DNA of 64,000 nt from Neocallimastix sp. 'constans' (GCA_050613775.1 JBODTK010000157.1:310001-374000); one strand, 5' to 3'; shown: positions 14,445 through 35,574, counted from the stretch's first letter. The notes: generated from the letters alone by a model not told the origin. Translations and numbers: made by a program.

Positions 14445-15025
14445 TAATAGAATGTTTCAGTGAAGACATTACGACAAGTTCGATGGGAAAAATTTTTGAA
14501 GCTGAATTTGAAAAAAAAGGGTTAATAACTATTATAATGAATTTTAGGATTAAAAAAAAAAAAATTGGAGCATTCAATTGTAAGAACAAAAGAGAAAATT
14601 AGAAGTATTTGAGTTAGACGATAGCTACTTTGGAACTCACAGAGTCAGAGGCAAATAGGGGGATCATGGAGAAATACCTGCTTTCGGGAATTTTAAAAAG
14701 AAAAGGAAAGGTGTTTGTGACAGTGGTTCCGAATTGATCTCGAGAAGCGTTAATACTGATTATTGAGGGAAAAATTCTTGAAGGCTCCGCGAATCACACC
14801 GACGACTGGAAAGCCTATAATGGTCTGATTCACTATGATGTGTTTCATCACTAAAACGAATTTACTCATGGCAAAGTCTCACGGTAACGGTATCAAATGC
14901 TTTTGGAATTATATTAAAAATAATGCTTCTCAAAGTTCAATAACGGGGTTAACCAACAATAAATTCATCTTTCATTTAAAAGAAAGTGAGGCAAAATTTA
15001 TTATCAGAGATAATGATTTTGATAT
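14445..15025 (+). mobile_element. Degenerate IS1595-family (ISXO2-like DDE) transposase
   Basis: Translation across frameshifts: IECFSEDIT..., EVFELDDSYFGTHRVRGK*G, IPAFG/ILKRKGKVFVTVVPN*SREALILIIEGKILEGSANHTDDWKAYNGLI, NEFTHGK/SHGNGIKCFWNYIK, GLTNNKFIFHLKESE. These match the IS1595 motifs ELDESYFG, HTDGWKAY, NGIESFW and LHLKE. Confidence 0.88.
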
Positions 15026-15042
15026 CTTTTATTGTAAATTCA

Positions 15043-15111
15043 TTTTTTTTTTTTTTTTTTTTTTTTTTGATTTTACTTTTATTTTTTTTTAAAAAAAAAT
15101 AAAAGTAAAAT

Positions 15112-15138
<27 letters not shown>
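15043..15138. repeat. Perfect loopless palindrome
   Basis: (T)26-gattttacttttattttttttt|aaaaaaaaataaaagtaaaatc-(A)n, centred at 15090/15091. Confidence 0.9.
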
Positions 15139-15144
<6 letters not shown>

Positions 15145-15447
15145 TGATGTTCAAGAGCTTACTTAATTTTATATAATTCGATATCTTCATCGCAGATTTT
15201 CTTCTTTAATGAGGCAGAACGGTCTTTCATCAGATAAAAAAAAAAAAAATGAAACATCGGATAGGAATTGATAAAGGCTAGACATTGGCAAAAAATATAT
15301 ATATTTTTTTGCTTTTCCTTTTTAAGATTTTGCTTCAATATATGGTCGTTGAGACCAGTTACGAAGTTACTAAAGAAGTATCCCCTCATCAGGTTTCTTT
15401 ATCCAGTAACAATTGTTATGTACCCCCCCCCCACACACACACACACA

Positions 15448-15517
<70 letters not shown>

Positions 15518-16088
15518 TTTTTTTTTTTTTAAATTCCTGTACATTTTAATTATTTGTTGTTTTATAAAGTTTATTCATTTTTCATAATTGAAATTTAAAG
15601 TTAAAAAAGATCAGGAATGAAAATTATAATATTATTTCTATTATTTAGTGATTATTCCCTTTTTTTTTATTTTTATTTTTATTTTTATTTTTATTCTTTT
15701 TACTTTCTTTTTCATATCTAAACCACTTTTTATTAAAAAACAAAAAAAAAGATCTTTTTCAATATTGTTCACAATTTACTAATAATTAAATAAACTATGA
15801 TTCTTAGGACTTAAAAAAAAAAAAGAATAAAAGATATAAACTATATTATAATAATTTTTTTTATTATAATTATGTGTACTCATTTTTACTCATTTTCATT
15901 ATTTTGAAGATGAAGAACTTATTAATTTTATACGTACAAGGATTTTTAGTCATACTTATCACCAAGTAGGAGAACTATTTTTTTTTTTGTAATATAAGAA
16001 TAGTGATACAGTTTCTTTTCTTAGAAACAAAAAAGCAATCCTTTAACGTATTTAATTAAAATTTTATGTCAGTAATAATAACAATAGC

Positions 16089-16304
<216 letters not shown>

Positions 16305-16508
16305 ATAATACTATTACTAATACTGTTACTACTAATACTTTATTATTATTATAATGATAATAATAAAGAGATAATACTCTTATTACTACTACTACTAATA
16401 ATAAAGAAATAACAAAGTAGTACTAATACATATATTGGTTAAATAGAAATTGTGGATATAAGTGAATATCACATGAAATATAATTTAAATCATGTGTAAT
16501 AACAATTT

Positions 16509-16547
<39 letters not shown>

Positions 16548-18146
16548 TTTTTTGATTACACAGAACGGCAATAATGCTTTAAAAATTAACAAGTCATATT
16601 TAAGAATAAATGATTTTTTTTTTAGTAGCAGAACACAATAAGAAAGATATTAAATATATATATAATATATATATATTTTATATATTAATAAATATATACT
16701 TCAAGGTTAATTCAACAAAGGATATATAATGATAAAGATAACAAAAAAAAAAAAAAAAGTCTAAATAAAATAAAAAACAATTTTTATTATTAAATTAAAT
16801 TAATAAACATAAATATATAAATTAACAAAATTAAATAAATAATAATAAATAAATATTATTAAATAAATATATATATATATATAAATTAAATAAACATAAT
16901 AATGAAAGTAAATAAATAAAAAATCATAATCAAAACATTATTCCATAATAAAAATAAATGAATAAAAATAATAAGTAAATAAATTTATTTAAAGATAATT
17001 CAATAATTAAAATAGATTAAAAATACATAAAATATATTAATATTTATGTTTTTTTAATTTAATTTATATTGATTAAAGTTTTTATTAATATTTTTATATT
17101 TTTTACATCATAATTCTAATTAATAAAAAAGGAATAATTAAGTATTTTATTATAAAATAAAGTTAAAAATTTATTTTAATATAATACTAAATTAATTAAA
17201 TAGATTAAAAATTTTTTATTCCGTATATATATACGGCTTATGTTAAAATTGATTTTTTTTTTTCTTTATTAATAAATAATATTAAATAATAAAGATAATT
17301 AATTATTATTTGATAAATCAAAAAATGAAGGATGAAATATTATAAATTTTTAATTTTTTAAAAAAAGAAAAAAAAAAAAAGAAAATCATTTTGGCCGTAT
17401 TTGTTAGGTAAACAAGTCAAAAAAAAAAAGGTAATAATAAATATTAAATTATATAAATATTATAAAACTATTAAATATTTATATATAATAAAATTTATAT
17501 TTTTTTTATTTTTTATTATTTTTTATATATTTTATTAATTATGACATTCAATATTAAAAATACTTATTATATTTATTATATAGTTTTTGTTAAAACTATT
17601 TTATTATATATAAATATATTTTTGTTATTTATATTTCATTTATTATTATAATATTTTTTTAATTAATTTTTAATTTTCTCCAGTTGAAAAAAATATTAAA
17701 AAAAAAAAAAATTTTTTTTATATATTAAAATCTTTATTAATTAATAAATTAATATATGATAATAAATAAGATTATATATAAATAATATATGTGAAAAAAA
17801 GATTAAATTATACTAAATATTAATAAATAATATATAAATATTTGATATATTTATTATTTATTTATTATTTATATATGATATAAAAAAAAAATAATATAAA
17901 AAGAAGAGGAAAAAGCTCTTTTTTTTTTTTTAGAAAAAAGAATAATTTAATAATTTATCTTTATTAATTTTTATATATATTGCAAATAATAAAATAAATA
18001 AAAAATATTTTATAAAATAAAAAAGTATTAGTAATTAATATTTATAAGTAAAACAATAATAATAACAAAAAAAAAAAAATTGAATTTTAAAAAAAAAACT
18101 ATTATATATAAAATAAGTATATTTATTAATTTCAATTCAATATACA

Positions 18147-19142
18147 ATGAATAAATTTTCAATGGGATGGGGGAAATTACTCCTTATTTTATTTGTAATG
18201 TTATTTTCAGTCGTTACAAAGGTAAAAGCAGCAATAAGTTGGAATGAGGTAGGTGATTACAATTGGATGAGATATATTGATTCAAATATGAGAATTAGTC
18301 AAATTAACATACCGGGATCTCATGATAGTGGAGCTATTGATATGGGTAAAGGAGAAGGTTCTTTTTTGATATCTTTATTTACAAAAACTCAAGACCTTAC
18401 TATTTTTGATCAATTGATTCAAGGAACCAGATATCTTGATATTAGATTAGCATGGGATGTTGCTAAAAGAGATGTTATAATTGTTCATGGTGTTATTAAC
18501 ACCAGTATTACTTTTGCTGATGTATTAAATGATATTTATTACTTTTTAAGTTTAAAAGATAATAATGGCCAACGAATTACAGACTCTGAGGCCATTGTTC
18601 TCTCCTTAAAAATTGATCGAAGTGGACATGATAATGAGATTATAAGTAGGGTGATGGAATATATATCACAGAATCCTACTTATTGGTTTACGAATAGATA
18701 TATTCCTACGCTTGCTGAAGTAAGAGGAAAGATAGTTTTGGCCACTCGTTTCACTTCCAACTTCGGTCTTTCTGTCGATTGGAATGATATGGGAGAAGCA
18801 AATAGACCACAATGTAATGTATGCTACAAAGAAAGAGGAGTACAAGGATTAAACTCTTTCTATAATGTCGTTGCACAAGATTACTATTCCATTAGCCCTG
18901 AAAATAAATGGAATGTTTTCAGTGGAGTCTTAGCTAATCTTAAGAGTTCAGCAAATACTATTCTTATCAACTTTTTAAGTATAAGTAATTTAGATATGGT
19001 TGGTACAGCAAGATCTTTAAATAATAAATTATTAAATGTTAATACCCAAATTAGACCAGAAAATGGTTGGATTATTGTAGATTTTACTAGAGCCGAAATT
19101 GCAAGAAAAATATATAGATCTAATATTATTAGTTCTTATTAA
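18147..19142 (+). CDS. Secreted phosphatidylinositol-specific phospholipase C, X-domain (PI-PLC) family protein
   Basis: Intronless 331-aa ORF with a signal peptide; motifs NWMRYID..ISQINIPGSHDSG, TQDLTIFDQLIQGTRYLDIRL, IVHG, IPTLAEVRGKIVL, QDYY and GWIIVDF. Confidence 0.92.
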   Translation: MNKFSMGWGKLLLILFVMLFSVVTKVKAAISWNEVGDYNWMRYIDSNMRISQINIPGSHDSGAIDMGKGEGSFLISLFTKTQDLTIFDQLIQGTRYLDIRLAWDVAKRDVIIVHGVINTSITFADVLNDIYYFLSLKDNNGQRITDSEAIVLSLKIDRSGHDNEIISRVMEYISQNPTYWFTNRYIPTLAEVRGKIVLATRFTSNFGLSVDWNDMGEANRPQCNVCYKERGVQGLNSFYNVVAQDYYSISPENKWNVFSGVLANLKSSANTILINFLSISNLDMVGTARSLNNKLLNVNTQIRPENGWIIVDFTRAEIARKIYRSNIISSY

Positions 19143-19565
19143 AAAAAAAACAAAAAACGTTTTATTGTATTTTAATTTTTTTTTATTTTTAATATTTTAT
19201 ATATTTTATATTTTATATTTTAATCTTTTTTTTTTTTTATTTTTATTTTTTATTTTTATATTTTTTATTTTTATAATTTATTTATCCTTTAAAAAAAAAA
19301 AAAAAAAAAAAAGAATTAATTAGACATGTTTATTTAAAGAATTAATGATATCTCTATTTTTTTTTTTTTTTATTTGTTTTTTTTATTTTTTTTTTTACTT
19401 TTTTGTATATACTTATATATATATATATAATGATAGAAATTTTTATAAATATTTTATAAATATATATATATATTTTTTTAAAAAAAATAATTGTAATAAT
19501 AGAATATTATATAGAAAAATATAAATAAATAGAATTATAATAATAAGTAAAAATAAATAAATAAA

Positions 19566-19622
<57 letters not shown>

Positions 19623-20053
19623 ATTTTTTATAATTCTTTTATTTAATAATTTAAATAAATTTTTATTTTATTTTATTTATTGTTTTGTGAATAATCTATA
19701 TATATATGCTATAATTAAATATAATTCAACATATCTAAAAGAAAAAATATAATAGTAAATTATAAACAACTTAAATATATATATATTATAAAAGTCATAA
19801 TTTTTTTTGTTGTAATTTTAAATAAAGCATTAAAATTTAAATATGGTCATTTTCATTTACAATACATATAATATATTAACTTTTTCCCATTTTATTATTA
19901 TTTCACAATAATTTATTATTTTTTTTTGACCTTTCTGTTTAATTTTTTAAAAACATCTTTATTTTATTTTATTATTTTTTTAACACATTTGCATATCTCA
20001 TTTTTTATATAATAATAGAGATGGAACTTTCGTTTTGAATTTGTAAAATATGT

Positions 20054-20104
<51 letters not shown>

Positions 20105-20682
20105 TTAATTTTTTTATGATCTTGGGAAAAAATTTTTTTTATTAGTATATTAATAAAAAAAAATTATATATAAATATACAAATATATAACATTTTAATGT
20201 AATGAAAACTATAACTAAACAGTACAGTTTTGATTATATGAAATACATATTTTAATATATAATTAAAAAAAAAAGCAAAATAAAATAATAAATAAAATAA
20301 CATAATAACATAACATTAACATAAAGTAGCATAAAATAAAATGAAACTTTTAAAAGAATTCAAAATAAAAATAGAATTTTTTTTTTTTTTTTTTTACATT
20401 CGTTATTTGAAAACGGATATCCTTTTTTAATATTTATTAATTTATAATATCTCAGGAATTTAAGATATTTTTTATTTGAATTAGCACTAATTTTTATTTT
20501 TATTTTTATCTTTTTTTTTTTTTTTTATTTTTATTTCTATCTTTTTTTTTTTTTTAAATATAGAATATTATTACACATAAACTTTTATGTATAAATAAAA
20601 AGAATTACAATGAAAAAAAAAAATTATTAATTCATTAAAAAATTATTTTATAGTATCTTAAATAAATATTGAAAAAATTAAA

Positions 20683-27854
<7,172 letters not shown>

Positions 27855-28965
27855 TATTAATTAAAAGTTTCTTAATGTATTCAATTTCATTGTTTTTTCC
27901 TTTTTTTGTCCTTTTAATAATATAAATATTAATTTAATAAATATTAATTATAGATTACTGATGATATTAATTTTTATTGAAAGATATAAATGGGTATTAT
28001 TAATGTTTTATTTTTTTATTTTATTTTTTATTTTATTTTATTTTTTATTTTATTTTATTTTTTATATTTTTTATTTTATTTTATTTTTTATATTTTTTAT
28101 TTTATTTTATTTTATTTTATTTTATCTTTTATCTTTTTTTTATTTTATTTTATATTTTATTTTATATTTTTGTTTTTATTTTTTATTTTTATTTATTTTT
28201 ATTTTTTTTTTTTTTAAATTTTATTCGATTTTTGAACATAAAGATATTTGAGAAAAAAAAAATTTTAAAAATAAATAATAATTAAATATAATAAATTAAT
28301 AATAATTAGTAAAAAAATTAAATAATAAAATATTAATAATAAAAACAAATATATATTTAATCTTTTTTGATCTATTAATATATATATAACATAAAAAAAA
28401 AATAAAATAAGACTATTTAAATTAATGTATCAATTAAGGTTTAGGTTATTTTTAATAAACATTTTAAAAATAGGAAATATATCTTTATTTTATTTTTCCT
28501 TCACAAAGTTTAAATTTGAATTATTAAAACATAATAAGGATACATCAATTTCAAATTTTTTTTATATTAATATTATTATTATATATATTTTTTATTTTTG
28601 TTTACCTTCTAAAAGGCTTTTATTAACTAATTAAAAAGATATTGAGGAAAAATTTGAATTTATTATATGTATTGGTCTGAATTTTATATTTATTCCATTT
28701 TAAAGAAAAAAAAAAAAAATGTAATGATGAATTAGTATTAGTTGATATGCTTATTAAAAAAAAAAAAAAAAAAGTAAATTGTATTTTATTTTTTGTTAAG
28801 ATTAAGATTAAGATATATAAATTTACATACCTATCAATTATATCGTTTATAAATTTAGAAGGATAAGAACCTAAATAAATAGAATGAAATAATTAAAATA
28901 ATAATAATAAAAAAAGTGTAACTTAGCTTTTAGTTTTTAATATTAATATTAAAAATTTTTCGTTT

Positions 28966-29016
<51 letters not shown>

Positions 29017-30115
29017 AATATTAATAAATAAAGTTTATTATTAGAAATATATATATATATATATATATATATTTAAAATTTCTAATTACTTATTATTTTT
29101 ATTTTTTTTTTTTTATTACTATCAATTATTATTTTTATTATCAATACTATTATATTATTAATTATTTAATGAATATATTTATATGTGCTTGCACATTTTA
29201 TATTATATATTTGTGAATATAAATAAATAATTACAAATAATTTTTCATAAATATTAAAATCTATATAAATATTTAATCATAATAATAAATAAAATTAAAA
29301 ATTAAAATGTTTGAAACAGTAAAATTATTGTCTTAGAAAAGGTACAATGAAATATGTCGCAATGTGGTTTTAGAGTCCATTGATATTACCCTTAATACAA
29401 TAGCAGGTCAAGTCAGCTTAAATGAAAAAGACAAATAATATACACTTATGAAATTAATCCAAAACTGTAGAATTGATTTATAAATCACTTGGTGAATCTA
29501 ACAGTGATCAACTTCCCATAGAAATTATTTAATCGGTAAAGTCCAAAATTAATACCTATAATAAAATGATAAAAAATATTGCATCAAAATCAATATAATA
29601 GACATAATATACGGTTGCATTGATAATTAATGATTATGAGTTTGTTAAGATAGCAATATTGATTATTATTAAAACATATATTAGTAAAGAGACAATAAAT
29701 AATAAGAAGATTTCGAATGTATTTAATAATTATGAGTGGTATAAGTTTTCCTATGGTCGAGGATGGATAAGAATGTGTAAGCATCTATGATGTTACTAAT
29801 GAAATAAATTTGTATCGTGTGAATCATTTAGTAGGATTATATTTGAAATATAACTTTTCTTTAGAAGGTTTCATCAATCATATAACATCCTATTTAAGCA
29901 AGCACATTATTATCCATAATAATTTCAAAACATTTTTTTACACTAACAATTTTTTTTTTACTGCTGCAATTATTACTAACTTTAAACTTTATTTATATAT
30001 TTATATATTTATTTATTTATTAATTATATGAATAATTTTAATTTTTTTTTATAAAAAAAAAAAAAAATAAATATTATTTGTCCAATTAGAACATAATAAT
30101 ATTATAATATTTTAA

Positions 30116-30118
<3 letters not shown>

Positions 30119-30158
<40 letters not shown>

Positions 30159-30260
30159 CCGCAATTATTGCGAACTTTAATCTTTATTTATTTATTCTTT
30201 TAAAAATTACATAAATACTTTTAATTTTAATAAAAAATAAAAAACACAGAATTAATAAAA
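30119..30260 (-). repeat. Short dispersed repeat, possible 3' end of a poly(A)-tailed retroposon (copy 2)
   Basis: Minus strand reads AATAAA motifs, ttaaagttcgcaataattgcggcttt, then (A)~36; bracketed by ~38-bp direct repeats aaataaatattatttgtccaatt.gaacata at about 30064 and 30262. Confidence 0.5.
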
Positions 30261-30501
30261 TAAATAAATATTATTTGTCCAATTTGAACATAAAAATATT
30301 TGAAATAGTAACGTGAAATAAAAAGTAATAATCAAAAATAAAGAGAATAAATAATTCAGAAGAAAATTAATAGGAAACGAACTTCACCTCCATATTACTT
30401 ATTCTGAGTTAGGGTTTGAATTGACAATCTGAAAGAAATTATGGCCTTCATCTTCAGAGGCATTGGTCCTGCTACACAAGAATAATCACCAGAAATGATT
30501 T

Positions 30502-30551
<50 letters not shown>

Positions 30552-31225
30552 GACAGGGAAGAGAATACACTTCCAAAACTAGTTAGTTCTTAAGCAAAAC
30601 AGAACAAAACAAAACAAAACAAAACAAAAAAAAAACGTCCACCTTATAATACATAACACACACACTCATTATTCAGAAAATTACTGATAGTTAAAACGCG
30701 ATTTTCACCAATTTTTTGATCTAATTCACTCCATTATTAGTAACGATACTACTATTTATTGTTACTATTACATTCATGGTAATATTCCCCTATTTTCACT
30801 ATTACATAAATAGTTATATTCATTTTTATAATGTCTTTATTTCAATTTATTTTATTATGAATTATTTATTTTTATTTTTTTATTTTTTTTGTACTTATTA
30901 AAAATTGATTAATTACCTAATTAAATTGAAATTTTTATTACATCATATTTATATTACTTTATTTATTTATTTTAATTTAGAAATATATAAATGTATGTTT
31001 GATTGTTTTGAAATTATTGAATATAATAATGTTTATTTTATGTACTTATTTTAAATTGAAAGAAAAAAAAAATAAAATATTATAATAAGAACTAATACTA
31101 ATTAAATTAAAATTAAATACTAATAATATATAAAAAAATATAAATATAAACTGAAAATATTTTCTCTTTATAATACATGCAATAAAAAAAATGAAATTAA
31201 TTTTGTTGAAAATTGCAAAATTTGT

Positions 31226-31275
<50 letters not shown>

Positions 31276-31426
31276 TATATAGATTTTAAATATAAAAAAA
31301 AAATTCATGTATAACTTTTTTTATTTATTTCTCTATAAATTTAATTATTTAATTATTATTATTATTTTTTTAATTTATATTATTTTTATGATAGTTTAAA
31401 AATTTAATAATAATTTCCCTCTTATT

Positions 31427-32949
31427 TTATTCTGCTTCTGTTTTAGTGGCTTCAAGAGCAGTTTTTACGTCTTCTGGACTAACCTTATGTTCTTGTAAAA
31501 CTTCCAATTTGAAGTATTGATGACCATTTGGAAGTTTTCCAAGAGGAATATCCATATTAGCTCTCTTAATAACCTCACATACTTCTATTTAATTTCGAAA
31601 TTTTAGTTTAGTTAAAATAATAATGTTTTATATTTTTTTTTTTAAAAAAAAAATAAAATAAAATAAAATATATATTATATAAATATAAAAAAAAGGTTTA
31701 ATAATATTATAAATATATTCAAAAAAAATTTTTTTTTTTTTAATTTATTATTATTAAAGAAATAAAACATTATTATTTATTATTATCATTATTCATTGAA
31801 AAATATAAATAATAGTAATATAATAAAATAATAAATAATAATAATAATATATATATAAGTATATATGAAATAAAATTTTTTTTATTACTCATTGGCTTAT
31901 AATTGTGTTTATCATGAGATTCAGAAAGGAAGTCACGATTATCTGGTTCACGAATATATTTGTAATTTGGTTTATATCCTTTTGGTATTTCACATTTTCC
32001 TGGATCTTTGAAATCGGTTTGAGTTAATGTTTTATAATCAAACTTTCCTGGTTTTGGAATGAAATGCTTAGTCTTTGGTGCTGGTTTAGGAATTGTCTTT
32101 GGAGTATATGTAGTTTTATAGGTACTATCACCTTCAAACTTGCCTGAAGGTACATAACCTTCCTTTTCTCTAACAAACTTCTTTTGAAGTGGCCATTTAA
32201 CATAATCTACACGATTACTAGTAGTAGCATCAAATGGTATTTTATTTGGAACATATGGTTTTTGTGGCTTTATTTATATATAAAATAAATATTAAAAAAA
32301 AAAAAAAAAAAAGAAAAATTAAATTATTTAAAATTAATTTAAGACTTAAATTAAATAATTTATTAAAAAAAAAATAATTTTTGCTTTTCAATTTAAAAAC
32401 CAAGAGTTATTTCTATTTTTTTTTTTTTTTTTTTTTTTATAAATATATATATATTATTTTATATATTAATAAATATACGTACCACTTGTTCACGATTAGT
32501 AACAGGTAATGGAACATAAGTACTATTGTTAACACTCTTGAAATCTCTATCATCTGGAACACTAACGAAAGAGCTTTTTGGTTTAACAATATTTCTTTCA
32601 ATTGGCCATGCCTTATAGGTTTCATTATTTGTTGTTGTACCATCCATCTTTTCTTTTGATGGAATGTAGTTGTTCATTGGCTATATTATTATTGTTATTA
32701 TTATTTAAATATTAAATAAATAATATAAATATTTTTTAAAGATTAGTGAATTATTATTGTTAATTATTATTACTAAATTTATTATGGTTCCATTAAAATA
32801 TTTATATATTATTATTATATTTATTACATATTTTTTATTTCATATTTTATTTTTTTTTTTAATTTTATTTTTTTTATTAATTCATATTATATTATTTTAT
32901 ATTATATTATTTTATATTATATTATTTTATATTATATTATTATTTAATA

Positions 32950-33010
<61 letters not shown>

Positions 33011-34459
33011 TTAATACGATTAACTGGAACCTTCATTTCAACGTAATCATTACGATTGGTACTCTTGAAATCACGATCATCCTTCGTTGGAATATAAGGT
33101 AATTTTTCTTTTGGAGGTCTCACTTGAACTTCCCATGGTTTATAATCATCCTTAGTGGTACTTATTCCAATTTTACCTTTACTAGCGACATAATCCTTTC
33201 TTGGAGGTCTTATTAACGGTTTCACTTCCCATGGTTTATAATCGGAAGCAAATGTAGTTTCTCCACAAAATTTTGTGTCAGGTAAAGGTTGAACTTCAGG
33301 ATGAACTCTTGGATCTGGTTTAACTTTCCATTCTGGATAATCTGCCTTAAATGTGGTGGTTCCATCAAATTTAGCTTTATTTGGAATGTATTTATTTAAT
33401 GCTTTCTGTTTATGTCCATAATTTTTTTTTTTTTAAAAAAAAATATTAATTAAAATTTAATTTTAATTAAAATTATTTTTAAATCAATCAATTTTAAATT
33501 AAACCATAAATTAATATATATATATATATATTGTTTTATTATTATAATTAATTAACAATTATTATTAATTAAAATTACAAATTTTTTTTTTTTTCTATTT
33601 CGAATTATTATTATAATCATATAGTTATTTAAGATTTAAATCTTTTTTATTTTTATTTTTTTATTTTTTTTTATATCTCTATATAATTTAAATCAATAAA
33701 TCTAATCATTAAACTTTAATAAATATATAAAATAAAACATAGATAAAAAGTAATAGAGAATTGAGATATATTATTACATACAGCTGTTTTTTTTTCAAGT
33801 GGATGCTTAATATATTGTTCTTGATAACTTGTAATACTATCAAATTTTCCTCCATCTTTGTAAACAAAATTTTTCTTGTAATTTGGTTGTCTAAATGCTT
33901 CCTTTTTAATATAGTTATCAGTATATTCTATTTATTCAATTAAATATATATTTTATATGTGTATATATAAATATATATATTCACAATGTTAATATATTAA
34001 AGTTTAATGGAAAATTTTCTTATTTTTTAATTTTTATTTTTATTTTTTTTTTAAAAGAATAAAATAAAAAAAAATTAAATTTACCAGTGGCTTTTTCCAT
34101 AGGTGGTCCACTTTTTCTTTTTGAGACTTGGCAATGATGCTTATGACAAGTACATACTATTTATGATAATGTAATATATATATATATATATAAATAACAT
34201 TTAATTGAATTAAAATTTATAATTTTATATACGAATATATATATAAGGTACATAGCATGAAAATATTTTCATAATTTAACAAAAAAAAAAAAAATTATTA
34301 TATAATTATAATAATAATAATTTTATTTTATTTTATTTTTTTTTAATATTATATATTATATTAAATAATATTATTATAGAATTTTATTCTATATTAACCT
34401 TCACAGACACATCTGTGATCGCTTGACATTTCAATAGGAGAAAAAACTTGTTTCGTCAT
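31427..34459 (-). CDS. Stabilizer of axonemal microtubules (SAXO/FAM154, STOP-domain) homolog, about 7 exons
   Basis: N-terminus MTKQVFSPIEMSSDHRCVCE-VCTCHKHHC resembles the SAXO CxCxxCxCxxHxC motif; repeated Mn-like motifs FDGTTTFKADYPEW, FCGETTFASDYKPW, MDGTTTNNETYKAW, FDATTSNRVDYVKW and FEGDSTYKTTY; GT-AG introns; stop at 31427-31429. Confidence 0.85.
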
Positions 34460-35542
34460 TTTTTCTGAATTATTTTCTTATTATTAAAAAAAATTAAATA
34501 TTATCCAAAAATTATTATTATTATTATTATTTTATATCTCTATAAATATTTTATTTTATTTTATATCTTTATTTTAATTATGATAATGATTTTTATTCCT
34601 TTTTCTTTCTTTTTTTTTTTTTTTATTATTATTATTATTTTTTTCTTAATTTATTTTATGAATATTGAAATTATTCTAAATTCTAATTAACAATAATTAA
34701 TAAAAATGAAATGATGATAATATATTTGTAATTTCCAATTGATATTGATTAACTTAAAAATTGACTTATGAACAAAATATATATATATATATATAAAAAC
34801 TAATAAATTGAAAAATAGATTATTGAAAAAAAATATAAAAAAAAAAAATTGATGCTCGTGCAAATATTGATTTGAAATTACTAATGGAAAATAAATTATA
34901 TATGATTATATTGAAATTGAAAATTATATTTAAAAATAAAAAAAGAAGAAAGAATAAAAAAAAAAAAAGAAAAATTAAAAATTAAAAATTAAAAAAAAAA
35001 AAATTTTTTTTATTAAAAAATAAAAAAATTTTTTTTTTCCTTTGAGAAATATAAAAGTGTAATGAATAAAAATTAGTTTTATATATTTTGATATTTTCTC
35101 TTAAATTAATATAAATATTATTAATAGTTTAATTTAAAAATTAATATATTTTGAACTATAATATATATATATATATATACATATAAACTTTAATTTTCTA
35201 TTTCCTTTATATATATATTAAAAAAAAAAAAATTATGTTTTTTATTTAATTATATTTAAAGCATTCAATGTATGTATTTAATTATAATACTAGTTCATAT
35301 TATATAAGATTTCATGAAAGAATTAAGCTATAAATATATAATAGATAATAAAATATACGAATAAAAGTAAAATATACTTAATGATACTAATTATATCAAT
35401 AAAAGATAATTTTTTTTTTTTTTTTATTAATATCAAATTTAGTTCATTCCTTACTATTTTTAAATTTTTAATTCTTTGAATAAAGAAAATTTAAATGGAA
35501 TATTAACTTTAATGATATTATACTTTTTATAATTTATTAAAT

Positions 35543-35574
<32 letters not shown>

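Noticed and set aside
29320..29970. GC-elevated broken frames (KRYNEICRNVVLESIDITLNTIAGQVSLNEKDK)
   Set aside because: Probably a coding relic, but no family could be recognised and the strand is uncertain.
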